64,000 bases of DNA from Lingula anatina (lineage: Eukaryota > Animalia > Brachiopoda). The DNA lies in the NCBI GenBank assembly GCA_051362555.1, contig CM120647.1:20064651-20128650 (forward strand), in the 5' to 3' direction. The notes beneath the pieces are model-generated. The model ran no database searches, was not told where the DNA came from, and saw only the letters and a list, made by a program, of their open reading frames with translations. Shown here piece by piece: positions 12,701 through 23,691 of the stretch; within the stretch, counting starts at the first letter, position 1; each line of letters begins with the position of its first letter. The translations under genes and the position numbers were made by a program.

Positions 12701-15700
12701 AACTAGTAGAAACCAAAACTCGATTTGACGCTAGATGGCGCTTATGTCAATGGTCTTGGCCACCCTTGTGCCGACTTCACAGTCAATACAGCGAAAATCT
12801 GACAAGTGCTTAATTTGTGATTGACAGATTGAGGAAAGTTGACAGATGTTGTACTATAGTAGGCTAGTATGTGATAGATACAATACGAGTCGCAGAGCTG
12901 TACGTGAAATATATTACGAGTGTATTGTCGAGCTGCAGGCGAGTGTTGTATCTGGCTTAAACCACGGCCTCTGGCTACTACACTGCACTTGCGATATTTT
13001 ACTCATACATGTTAGGGGCCCTTGTGGTCACTTAGTCCTGTGTTGGACGTCCCAGACCCCCCCCCCCCAGCTCCCCTCGTCCTAAGTGTTAACACCTTCG
13101 CCTACCCCGGTGTAAAAGGTGTATTAGTGTGATCATTTATGTGGAATATCATGTCAGATGGACATATAAAGGTCTAAAGATTCGTCACAATATTAAAAAA
13201 ATCCAAGATTATTTGAATTGGGGGGAGGGGGGGGGAGGGACGATGTGAAGCCGATCGTCGCCCACTGGTGTGGAGTTTGGGGCCCGAATATCTTTGGTGT
13301 TTTAAAGAGCAAACAGTGCCTTTGGTACGGTTAAGAACTATGATTTATTTAGCTAGTCAAAATTCTAATTTCAAGAGGGTAATATTGGCGTGATATATTT
13401 TTCAGAAACCGAGGGGGGGGGGGTCAGACCCCCACACTAAATCCGCCACTGATGGGGGAGAAAGAGTATTTATTTATTTATTTATTTTTTTTTTTTTTTT
13501 TGGGGGGGGGGGGAGGGGCTTCTCAGTATCTAATCTGCTGCTGGTGGTGGGAGTGGTGTTGGTGCTGCTGCTGCTGCTGCACGAAGCGGCTAGGGCTGAC
13601 TTAGGTCGAGGGGAGCTGTTAGGCGTGTTCAGCCTTGCCCTCCATCGCCCAACACAGGACTTAGTGACCACAAGGGCCCCTAACAAGTAAGAGTAAAATA
13701 TCGCAAGGGCAGTGTAGTAGCAGTACAAAACTCGCCTGCGGCTCGACATAATAATATAATATAATAATCTTTATTGGAGAATGGCAACCCGAAGGTTGAA
13801 GTTATACAATTACATATATGAATATTTAAGACAAGGAAGCCTGGTCATTTTTTGCACTGGTGCACTCCTTAGACGGTCTCACCTCCCTGGGAAGCATACA
13901 GCTCGGCTGCCATATTAGGCGCTCATATGTAATATAACATTTCTGCACTGCCTGACCAGGCCCCTGCTTCAACCCCTAAGTGCTGAGTGCCAAGCGGGGA
14001 GACAGCAGGTACCGTTTATAAAGGACTGGTATGTCCCCGGACGGGATTTGAACCCACGTCCTCCCGTTCCGGAGGCGGACACTCTAACCACAAGGCCATC
14101 CGGCCATCCGGACATTGTACTCGTACCCCTGTATTTATTTGACGTACAGCTCTGCAACTCGTATTGTATCAATCACATACTAGCCTACAAAAGTACAACA
14201 TCTGTCAACTCTCCTCAATATGTCAATCACAAATTAAGCACTTAATTGTCAGTGTCAGCTTGTCGCGGTATTGACTGTGAAGTCGTTACAATGGTGGCCA
14301 AGACCATTGACATGAGCGCCATCTAGCGTCAAATCGAGTTTTGGCTTCTACTAGTTGCGTTTTGACGACTACTAGTCGTATTTTGCCGACTGATCTGATA
14401 ACGACGACGACTAATCGTGTTTTGAATTTTTGTATAAACCGCCGCCCATACACTGAGGGATACTGCAGCAATGAGCAGCTGAAAATCTTCGCACATTCAG
14501 GTATTTTAACATCTTTTGTCTCGTTCTCTTTTGGACGAAAGAAATGAATCTCTTAAGACTATAGTATATATAACACATCCAGATGGACTTATTTTCTATA
14601 TTGCGTTGAGAAACTTTTCTGGCATAGGGCCATCTTTTGAAAGTTCAGTGATAGTATACATCTGTGTCAACAGGCAGCGAGAACCACGTTGCCCAAATCA
14701 AAAGGAAATGGTCCTTAACTGAACAAATTTACAAACTTTAGTTGCCCCACCTTACAATTGTTTACCGTTACTGGGTGTGTGTCGTATAGTAACCGCCACA
14801 TTTCTCCCTTCAACAGAGTAAACTTATATCGAATACATTTCCTAAGGAAAATTGAACTGCAACTGCCTATTTCATAATACTCAGATTTAGAGGGATAGAA
14901 CAATGCAGTTAGATATACGAGTACCAAACAATGCCTGGTGCGAACCACTATAAATTCAAGAAAACAACATTCTCAGTGTCTATTCCACAAATAGAAACTT
15001 CCCAGTACTAACCTGGATAAGCTGATGAAAAAGCAACACAAGCAGCCAAGACCAACGTTCCACAGAGTGAATACCCAGTCATGATCAAAACCGACGTCGG
15101 TCAAAGCACACGTAGCTTGCACTGATCTACGTATTTATGTGTGATGATATGACACTGGGATCGCTCTACTACAGTGGGGTTACAAATGTATTGCATCATT
15201 TCGCTTGAAGTTTAACAACTGCTGGATTTCCTAGGTTTTTCAGTTGGTATTTTATTGCACAGTATTTATGCCAAGTTAGTTCCCTTAACAACATGTTTAC
15301 AGAGCTGTGCTTTGCCCTTACGAAACGCATATTATTATGTTAGTAATAACCTTAGGATAGCAGCGTGAAGTCATTATGGCCACCACCCTCTTGGGCATGG
15401 ACTGCTAAATGTGCAGTTATCTTTTGGGAGGTATGTTGCTGCAGGTTCTTAAGATACTTTGGATAAGACCAATCCTTGAGTCACTTTATAGTGCGAATGG
15501 ATATAAAAATAATGATCACAGCTGGTGCAATAATTTTGTCACCCCCTGTAGATTCAATGTCAAGTCATAAGTTGCAGACTAGACCTACATTACTATTTTT
15601 TAAATATTGCTCAAAAGATTAATTGTACTGATGTCTCTACAGAAGCAGTAACAGCCCCAAAATTATCTCAAAAATGTATTTTTGCACGCTGTCTGAGCAC

Positions 15701-17217
15701 TGGATTGTAATGAAATGTTTTTCTCATCGGTCTCACGTTCTCATTAATGTTGCTCATGTATTTTTTAATGCATTTCAAATATCCCTTAAAATATAAATTA
15801 TATTTTGAAGTTATATTTCGAACCGTTATAAATGGATTAGTTCCTCCTTTTAAATTATATTTTTTTAACTTTTTAAGACTAAAATAAGGCTTCGTTCACA
15901 TGGAATGTCTATTTTCTAAAAATCTATTTTCTATTCGCGCTATGTTATGATCACGATCTGTGCCCTGAATATCCCGCCGCGTAATTACTGGCAGCTCGAG
16001 CCAGTTACTTATAGTAACTTATAGTAACTGGCTCGCGCTGCCAGTAATTACGCCGCGGGATATTCAGGGCACAGACCGTGATCATAAGACATACCGCGAA
16101 TAGAAAATAGAATTTAGAAAATAGACATTGCATGTGAATGAAGCCTAAGTGTTGTTGTTACTGACTTGACAGCTTTTTAGATACTAATTTGACATATCGA
16201 CGTATGACACGTAAATAATATTCAAACCATCTTTGTGTCAATGACTAGTGACAAATTGGAATAATCAATAAATAACTTCATAAAAAAAGGCACATAAAGT
16301 AATTTGTGCAATTGTCTATGCAGTTATAAGGGCTATTTATTTTTCCTGAGACACGTGCGTTTCTTCAGGGAAAAACTGCTATTATATCCCAACTCCAAAT
16401 CTAAAACGTAAAAGAACACTGACTGTGAATCGCATAGCTTGTGCAAATCATTACCTGAACAGCGACTTGTTCTTTAAAAAGGTCAAAGGTCATTTCAAGA
16501 TCAGCAGATATAACATGATCATCAATATACCTGTGTTTGATTGATACAGGAACTAGTGGCACCAATGTGCTCACCACTTCTACGAACAAAGCGCCCCCTA
16601 TCAAATAATTGTTCCTATGATAGCAAGGCAAGACAAAATAACTTAAAAACACAAAAACATACTTGTCTTTACGATGTACAGAATATACGTACAAAATTGA
16701 TGATGGTTTACAGCTAAATATACCCAAAGAATAATAAGTACAAGCATAATATACTAAATAAATAAATGTCAAATGGATATTTTGCTGGTGAAGATACCAC
16801 TTTAACATACCTTGTACCCAAGCACACACTCTATTTCTCTAATGAATCATACTTCAAGCTTCTTGTGAAGTCTGCTTTCTAATATATTTCAAAGTACGTA
16901 TATAAATATAATATATATCAAAATTACTCGCACTTACTGACACCAGAACGAAACGGAGAGGCATAAGGTACATGTACATTTAAGCAAATTGTTATCCACT
17001 TACATATCGATAGGTAGAAGAGTCAATACCGATTTAAATTGCACCATGCCAATGCACACATTTCTTAAATATTCCCAATAACTTTAAATGGAGTTTTTGT
17101 CAGAACTGAAAAGCAACATATAAAAACCATACCTGTTCCACCTGACCAAAGAGTAAACGCTCGACTAACAATACAAGAAGTCAAGACTAGCGCTGAAAGA
17201 ACTGAATATCCCAGCAT
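9735..17217 (-). CDS. Secreted short pentraxin-like protein, copy 2 (233 aa); exons 17217-17133, 11024-10635, 9961-9735
   Basis: Same structure (85+390+227 nt) with the canonical pentraxin signature HMCVTWSS; very similar to copy 1, including introns. Confidence 0.9.
12521..14450. mobile_element. Foldback element with TATGGGCGGCGG termini (IS3EU-like), ~530-bp inverted arms
   Basis: 12521-13049 is inverted relative to 13647-14450 once the SINE is removed; flanks CACTAA / CACTGA are a near-perfect 6-bp TSD; a 42-bp unit is repeated ~3x in the left arm. Confidence 0.75.
13750..14110 (-). mobile_element. tRNA-derived SINE, 5-bp TSD GACAT
   Basis: A-box TGGCCTTGTGG, B-box GGTTCAAATCC, conserved-core-like body (GGTACCTGCTG...GCTTGGCACTCAGCACT), AATAAA followed by an (ATT/ATATT)n tail; GACAT at 13745-13749 and 14111-14115. 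Confidence 0.85.
15888..16145. mobile_element. PIF/Harbinger-type palindromic MITE, TSD TAA
   Basis: taa-GGCTTCGTTCACA ... TGTGAATGAAGCC-taa; near-perfect 258-bp hairpin; absent from the paralogous intron (~5612). Confidence 0.85.
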
Positions 17218-17404
17218 GACGGTGCCTCTCAAGACGAGAAGTAAGAGTAGGTACAATTATAACTGTGTCCCACACTATTTATAATGAACTGGCATATCTA
17301 GTGATCTTGATGAGACCAATCGTCAAGTGCATCTCATTTTAATGTATCCAAACACGAACCATAATTATAAAAACGCATGTTTGCTCTCTCGTAGAAATCC
17401 GTCT

Positions 17405-17590
17405 TACTTGGTGAAATATAGAACACATTTTATGTTCTTTTTTGTGTTTTGTTTAGAACACAGTTACATGTAAATTCAGAACACTTTTTACGTGTTCAAA
17501 TGTTACTTTTTGAGAACACTAAGATGTGTTCTAAAAGGAATTTAGAACACGTGCTATTCTGATAGTAATCTAGAACACTTGGTGTTCTTC
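17405..17590. repeat. Array of AGAACAC/GTGTTCT motifs at the left boundary of the integrase-bearing insertion
   Basis: At least 6 AGAACAC and several inverted GTGTTC(T) start exactly where homology to unit A ends (~17404). Confidence 0.6.
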
Positions 17591-18561
17591 AATAAAATGC
17601 ATTTATTTGTAAGAGGACAAAATTACAACAAAATTGTTACACACTTCAATGTTCTTCACATCATTGATCGCTCTAAAGTTCTTAAGTCATATGAACCAAC
17701 ATATATGCTGATTACACAATATCAACTAAGTGTTTACTAAATCATCGTTCTGAATACAAGTAATTAACAAAGCTCAAAAATCATACATTGATAATTACAT
17801 CCGCATCAGCTTGACTTGCCTAAAACGTATAACAAACGATCAGATTATTGAAAGAAAGTGCCAAACTTCTAGGCTAACCGTAAAAAATGAGCAAAAACAC
17901 AAGCAACACAGGAACTTTTTCAGTTCAAATATCTTGAAGAATTGATTTGATTAAAGGTACATGTTTGTGTCACTTTGACTCAGTTAAAATGTCATTTTTG
18001 GCTTAAGCTCAGAGCTAATCACCTGTCGGTTTTGGTCTGACATTATGAGAACAATGACATGACAACTCTCAGGTACAGCATAAGCTTAGATCTTATCAGG
18101 AGATAACATCACCAGTTACAGTTGATTGTTCATAAGATGTCTTATTGCAGCATTATTATCTGATAACTTTCACTTACTTTTTAACCAGCCTAATCAAGAT
18201 GACTGACACTATAAGCATGATGGTTTTGAAAAGGAAGAAAAACTCCTTTTCCTCATATTGCCCAGCAGCTTTCAGAGAGGGAAAATGTCTACAGGGTGCA
18301 GTATTTATTTTGATGTTCCTAAGACTATATGCATGTTTGTGTAGCAACTTCTTTGTTATTGTTGTAAATTGAAATATTTGGATGTAAATTTGTTATCATA
18401 TGAGTATAAACTAGGAGCCACACTATTGGTGAACATTCAAATTTAAAACCTAATTGGATGGAAGTTATGGTCCCTCTTTTTCTGCAGAAGGCATAATGAT
18501 CGAGAAATGTTTTTTATTTGTGACTTAATGTTTTTTATTTGTATCTTTGTATATTTTCCAG

Positions 18562-21500
18562 CGTGGCTACAAAAATGACAACTTTATTACATTTATGAGG
18601 GGAGTGAAGCGGTACATACAGTACGGGAGAGCGATAGACTTTTTGGAAGACCGTAAAGAATTAAGGAAAACAAGAGAAAGAGCACAGACTCATGTTTTAG
18701 ATGATGAAGGTCAGTAGTTGTAGTTTGGCACATCTGATTGGTTTTTAAAATGAGTCCAGATGTCTAGCAAAGAAATCATATTTTCCATCTAAGTCAATTC
18801 TGATTCATGATATGCTCCTTACCTCACCCTTACAGTGCATCATCATGTGTGACACAATATCTATAAAAGATATCACTCTGGCTGGTAAACCATTATTATC
18901 CAATTATTATCCAAGATAGATGGTTGAATGGCTTTTGTGCCTTTGCAGGATTCTTTATATTTTGTAGTAAACAATGAATATACGTTCTAAATTCCTTGCG
19001 TATTTGATGTACGGGAATACATACAGACTTGACATTTAATATGGAATATTTCAGTTTGAAAGGTATGCCTAGGTAAAAATGCGTTCTTTTTTTCATAAAA
19101 CTCAGATCTCATATAAGATATCTGACTGGAGAAGTGTGAAGTCAGGTGTGTCGCTACCAATTAACTGACTACCAAGTCTGTTGCACTGCTGCATTGTGTA
19201 ATATGCGGTGATTTAATTGGGTAGTGCTCCTTTAGGTTGGTCAAAGCTTGGCTTTGGCAAAGCATGGTTCTGTCAAAAAAGTATCCATATGTCGGCAACT
19301 ACTGCATAGAAGAATTTGAAATTTTGCATGTAAGCGGTCAGTTTTGCAGTGCGTAAAATGAGTCAAACAATGTTTTACAGAAATGTTAATCTGTGCCAGA
19401 ATGGCGCGAAAAAAACAGACATTGCCAGACAGATTATTGTGTCAAATGGAATAGTCTGCACAGTTTTATGAAGTTATGCCCAGACTGATGTACCTACACA
19501 GAGACCACGCCCAATGTATCGACATCTTACCACCAGGGCACAGGATTCACCGTCCTTCAGGATATGCTGCTGCAACTAAACAAAACCCACCCAGTCCGTT
19601 CAGAATGAGGGCAAATTGTGACCAGAACGCGTTTTTCAAGGCTCTTAGCGAATATCAAACTGGTTTTAGCAGGTTAGAAAACCAAACGACCTCTGAGGAA
19701 GCCACTGTAAACAGCAGAACAGCGTCGTCTGTTTCTCTAATGAATTGAGGACCATGACCGTTTCTGGGTAGAACACTGAAACCGCGTGGCTTTCTTTATT
19801 GAGGTCAGATTTCACCTGTACCGCTTAACTGGTTAAAACAAAGTTTACAGACATCCTGCAGAGGCCTACGACAAGGCGTGTGCCGCTTCTAAAGTGACTA
19901 GGGTCATTGACAGCGTCAGTATTTGGGGTGAATACCACATTGGTGCCAAAACACCAATGATAGTCATCGACGAAAACCTGAACCAGATCAAATAAAGGGA
20001 TAATCTGGGAACCACTTGACTATCATTTGATAGGGGGGAACTTAGGAACAATTTTAGGTTGCACGATGAGAGTGCCGGTTCACACAGCGCACTTTTAATG
20101 GCAGATTTCTTACAGAACCAAGGGAATGAGCAGATACATTGGTCATCAAAATCGCCATATTTGAACCACATAGACAATACATGGGTAGGTTATTACTCTC
20201 CGAATTAACGGCCTACATGTCCTACAACAAAACTGAACCAAATTGGACAGGTTTTGACCGTTGCCTGGAATTTTTTTCCATATTAAACTCTAAAAACCTA
20301 TCCTAAGGAATGCCTTGTCACTTGAAAGCTCTGGTAGCAGCCAGATGAGGTCAGGTGTAACAGTAACCGTTGCTGTGACAAGACACTAACATGAGGGTCC
20401 TTTGGGGGGCGCAAAACTCTTTTAAAGACGATAATTTCGAAAATATGGAGATCCAAAATATCGCTTTCAATGGTTGTCGTACGACTTAAAATAGGCAATG
20501 CATTTTTGTTTGCTTCACTGGCGAATTCAATTAATGAACTGATGTCACAATGACATCAAAGAGATAGATAAAAGTTATAAAAACACGATTTTAATCCTTA
20601 TTTTCATTTATCAGTCATGAAAATATGAAAAAAACCGATGAAAAATAATTTGGAAAAAATATTCCATATTAAATGTCAAGTCTGTATAATTAACTTGTTT
20701 CCCTTCTGGAGACCTTTATCATGTTGACAAAGGTGACAAACCAGGCATCAGACAGAGTTATTTTGGATGTAGAGGAAATTAAAGATATTTTGAGAGAATA
20801 CCATTCTTCCCCTATGGGCGGCCATAGTGGGATCAATGCCACCTTAGCAAAAATCAGGGAAAAGTTTACATGGTACAAGATGACACAGGATGTAAAAGAA
20901 TATGTAAGTATGTCTGAGCAAAATAGGCACACTTTGTTTTAAGCTCTTCTATATAAAGATCTTCAGGTACATTTCTTAATATGTATGTATTACCAGATAC
21001 TATTCTGATCAAAAGAAGCCATATCAACTAATTGTACTTAATACACATGTATATTCCAACTTAAACATTCGCTTTTTGCTTTAAAGAATTTTCTTATTAT
21101 TATATTCACTCCAGAGACAGTGTGTTTGTAAACAATTCAGATAGTGCCCATGTAGTATCAGTAACTAATTTGTAGTAGTTTAGGAGGTTTCAGTGTACTT
21201 GTAATTTTATTATTTTTGCAAAATAATAGGAAGGATCACAATTGATATATGTCAGTAAAATTGATCTTTTTGCTGCAGATTGAAGCGTGTGATGCATGCC
21301 AAAGACAAAGTAAGATAAAGACTCAGAGACCAGAGCTTAAGCCCATATCAGTCAGTGAGCCTCTGGAATTAGTTGGGATGGATCTCATAGGTATAGTATC
21401 TATTGCTTTGAAGTTGGCAGAAATTAGTTTTTTCTCTCAGAAAGGAATATACTGTATTAGGGTTGGGGATTTCAAGGGATCATTCAAGTTTTCAGTCAGT

Positions 21501-22417
21501 GTTTATTCAATGCATTGATCTTTACCAGTGTGCTACATAGAGTAAATGTATTAAATGTATCAATAATCAATATGTATGTCATGTAATGTCAGTGGTTTAT
21601 TAGAGCATCTGAACAAATGTTGGTAACGTCCAATCTTTAAATTGTTGCATCTGGTTACCTCCAAATACCAAAGTAAGAACTTTGTCACGACTTTTATTTT
21701 GCTTTGTAGATAAAGACTGTCTTTGTTATATTTTATATTATTTAGGGCCTCTGCCTACAACCATAAACAAGAACAAATATGTACTCACCTTTTCGGATTA
21801 TTTCACGAAATTTGTTGACTTTTATCCTCTGCCAGGGAACTCTGCAGCCGGAGTTGCACTCCACATAAGAACGTTTGTATGCAGGTAACGTTTATGCTTT
21901 TTTGAAGCCTTGTTTTAATCACAATTGCCCAAATAATTTTAGATGATAACTTATATGAAGCAGGAACAATATGTGTAGTCAATAAGTGATTGATGTAGAG
22001 ATTTTGCAAGTCACTTTTGCAATACAACTTTCAGTGGTGTTTAATTCTGAATACTAAGTCCTATTTTATTATTGCTCTATTGGAATTGTCCTTCTAATAA
22101 TCATGTTTTTGGTTGGTTTTAATGCGATTTCATTTTGAATTGTCAGGTGGGGAGCACCAAAAAGGCTCCTTTCAGACCAAGGGAGAGAGTTTGTGGCCGA
22201 AGTAAATACAGAGGTTTGCCGCTCCCTCAGCATAGAGAGGTCTGTGACAAGCGCCTACCATCCTCAGACCAACGGCCTTGATGAGAGGACAAACCAGGCG
22301 CTAAAGACCAGATTAAGCAAACTCGTCAATGAACACCAAAATGACTGGGAAAGTTATTTGGAGGATATGGTATATTCAATCAGGACGCAAAAGCAAGCGT
22401 CCACAAAGTTCACCCCA
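18562..22417 (+). pseudogene. Intron-containing Gypsy-type DDE integrase (GIN/Ginger-like transposase), truncated; exons 18562-18709, ~20709-20903, 21279-21390, 21746-21884, 22147-~22417
   Basis: The spliced product has an HHCC finger (YHSSPMGGHSG...CDAC), LVGMDLIGPLP, DYFTKF, LSDQGREF and SAYHPQTNGLDER. Exons 2-5 join by GT-AG in phase; exon 2 has a frameshift and a damaged acceptor; the 3' end is lost; no RT or RNase H. Confidence 0.85.
19380..20285 (+). mobile_element. Degraded Tc1-like transposon inside the first integrase intron
   Basis: Translation SVSIWG...IVIDENLNQ...NFRLHDESAGSHSA...DFLQNQG...WSSKSPYLNHIDNTW matches the Tc1 DD34E C-terminal motifs, with stop codons. Confidence 0.75.
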
Positions 22418-23691
22418 ATAGGTGCCGCTTTAAGTAGGCTTAAATGCAGTACGTCCCGGGGTAGTTGTTTGAATATCTTCCAGTAACCTGCGTGGTCTTT
22501 TCTTTTTGGTGACTTACGGGTTTAAAAGCTGTTTATGATGGTGATTATTATTATAATTATTTACGCTAATTGCCGAATGTGTACATACAGGTAAATAACG
22601 TGTAAAACGGGCTCCTCGAAAAATATGCATGCTCTTTTTAGCTCTCGTAGCCTTCATTTAGTTGATGTGTGCTCTTACAAGGGTTTCCTCAGAAGATTCT
22701 CGTGAAGAAAGTAACATTGTTAGACATAACCACGATCGCGTCACAACAATACAAAATACAAAAGGCCAAAGGTCATTTCAAGTTCAGCAGGTATCACATG
22801 ATCCATTAAAATACGTATATATGGTTTGAGTGGCACAAAAAGTAGGAATATAATGCAAACATTTGTAAATTGTTTTAAATAATTTCTGTATTTTTGCAGT
22901 TCATTGCACAACAGTACGTGTGCACCCTGCTGGCTGTTAATTTTCTGTGGTTCTTTTTCCAAGACTATACTTTTTACGTCACTTTCACGAGTTTCACCTT
23001 TGTCGCTGAAAGTGAAACCCGACCTTACACGGGTTCTTTGAGGTTTTCTAGTCTAGTGTGACGTCGCACAATGCTGACAACCTCGTTTAAGGCTACCTCA
23101 GCAGCTGCCCTACACCCCTGTAGATGCACGTGATAATAAAAAACAAATTAAAAATAAAAAATACAGACAAAATGTTGAGCAGCTCTTTAAACGCAGCCAA
23201 TTGTATTTTATGTGAACTGTACCAGTTGTACATAAACATGTCCTTAATGCAATTGTTCTGCTATATATATAAATTTGTAGAAATGATTTTATTTGCATCT
23301 TATTTGCAGTGTTTTACCGTTTGCATTATAGTGTATTGGTAAAAATTTATCTGATACGCGGTCAGTGCGCGATAAAAAACATCATTACATGAAAAACGCT
23401 TCTTATTGGCTCCCTCTTTAGAAAGGCTGAGACTGAGACACTGTTGTACATTTGATTACCAGCTCATTATACATTCAGCATTTAAGTTAAACATTCAAAG
23501 TAATTGTTAAACAATAGAAGAAAGCACTTTGAGTGGCGGCCAAATGATATTAAACACATGATGCCTTCAAAGGTAATAGCGTTGTATTTCTTACTGTAAA
23601 AGATCCATGTAATGATTTTAACAGAAAGAAATCTTCCTCATTCTGCTAATGTATCTCTCTCAAATAAACAAAGTGAAGTTGTGGTAAAGCA

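Larger units (their letters stand above)
12223..14561. mobile_element. Non-autonomous DNA transposon with ~70-bp TIRs hosting nested insertions
   Basis: 12223-12298 is the reverse complement of 14491-14561. Superfamily unresolved (TTAA-flanked Kolobok-like, or TAG...CTA termini). Confidence 0.7.
600..23090. repeat. Tandem segmental duplication: unit A ~600-8552, unit B ~8553-23090 (expanded by insertions)
   Basis: 601 aaatagagtgaatgaagttattatc matches 8554 aaataaaagtggatggagttattatc; 8416-8550 matches 22415-22460, 22610-22650 and 23043-23090; pentraxin 1 and 2 introns are colinear. Confidence 0.85.

Noticed and set aside
14030-14110. tRNA gene
   Set aside because: The A/B boxes are followed by a SINE body and tail and flanked by a TSD; this is a SINE head.
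17405-22417. LTR retrotransposon
   Set aside because: No gag, protease, RT, RNase H or LTRs, and the integrase has spliceosomal introns.
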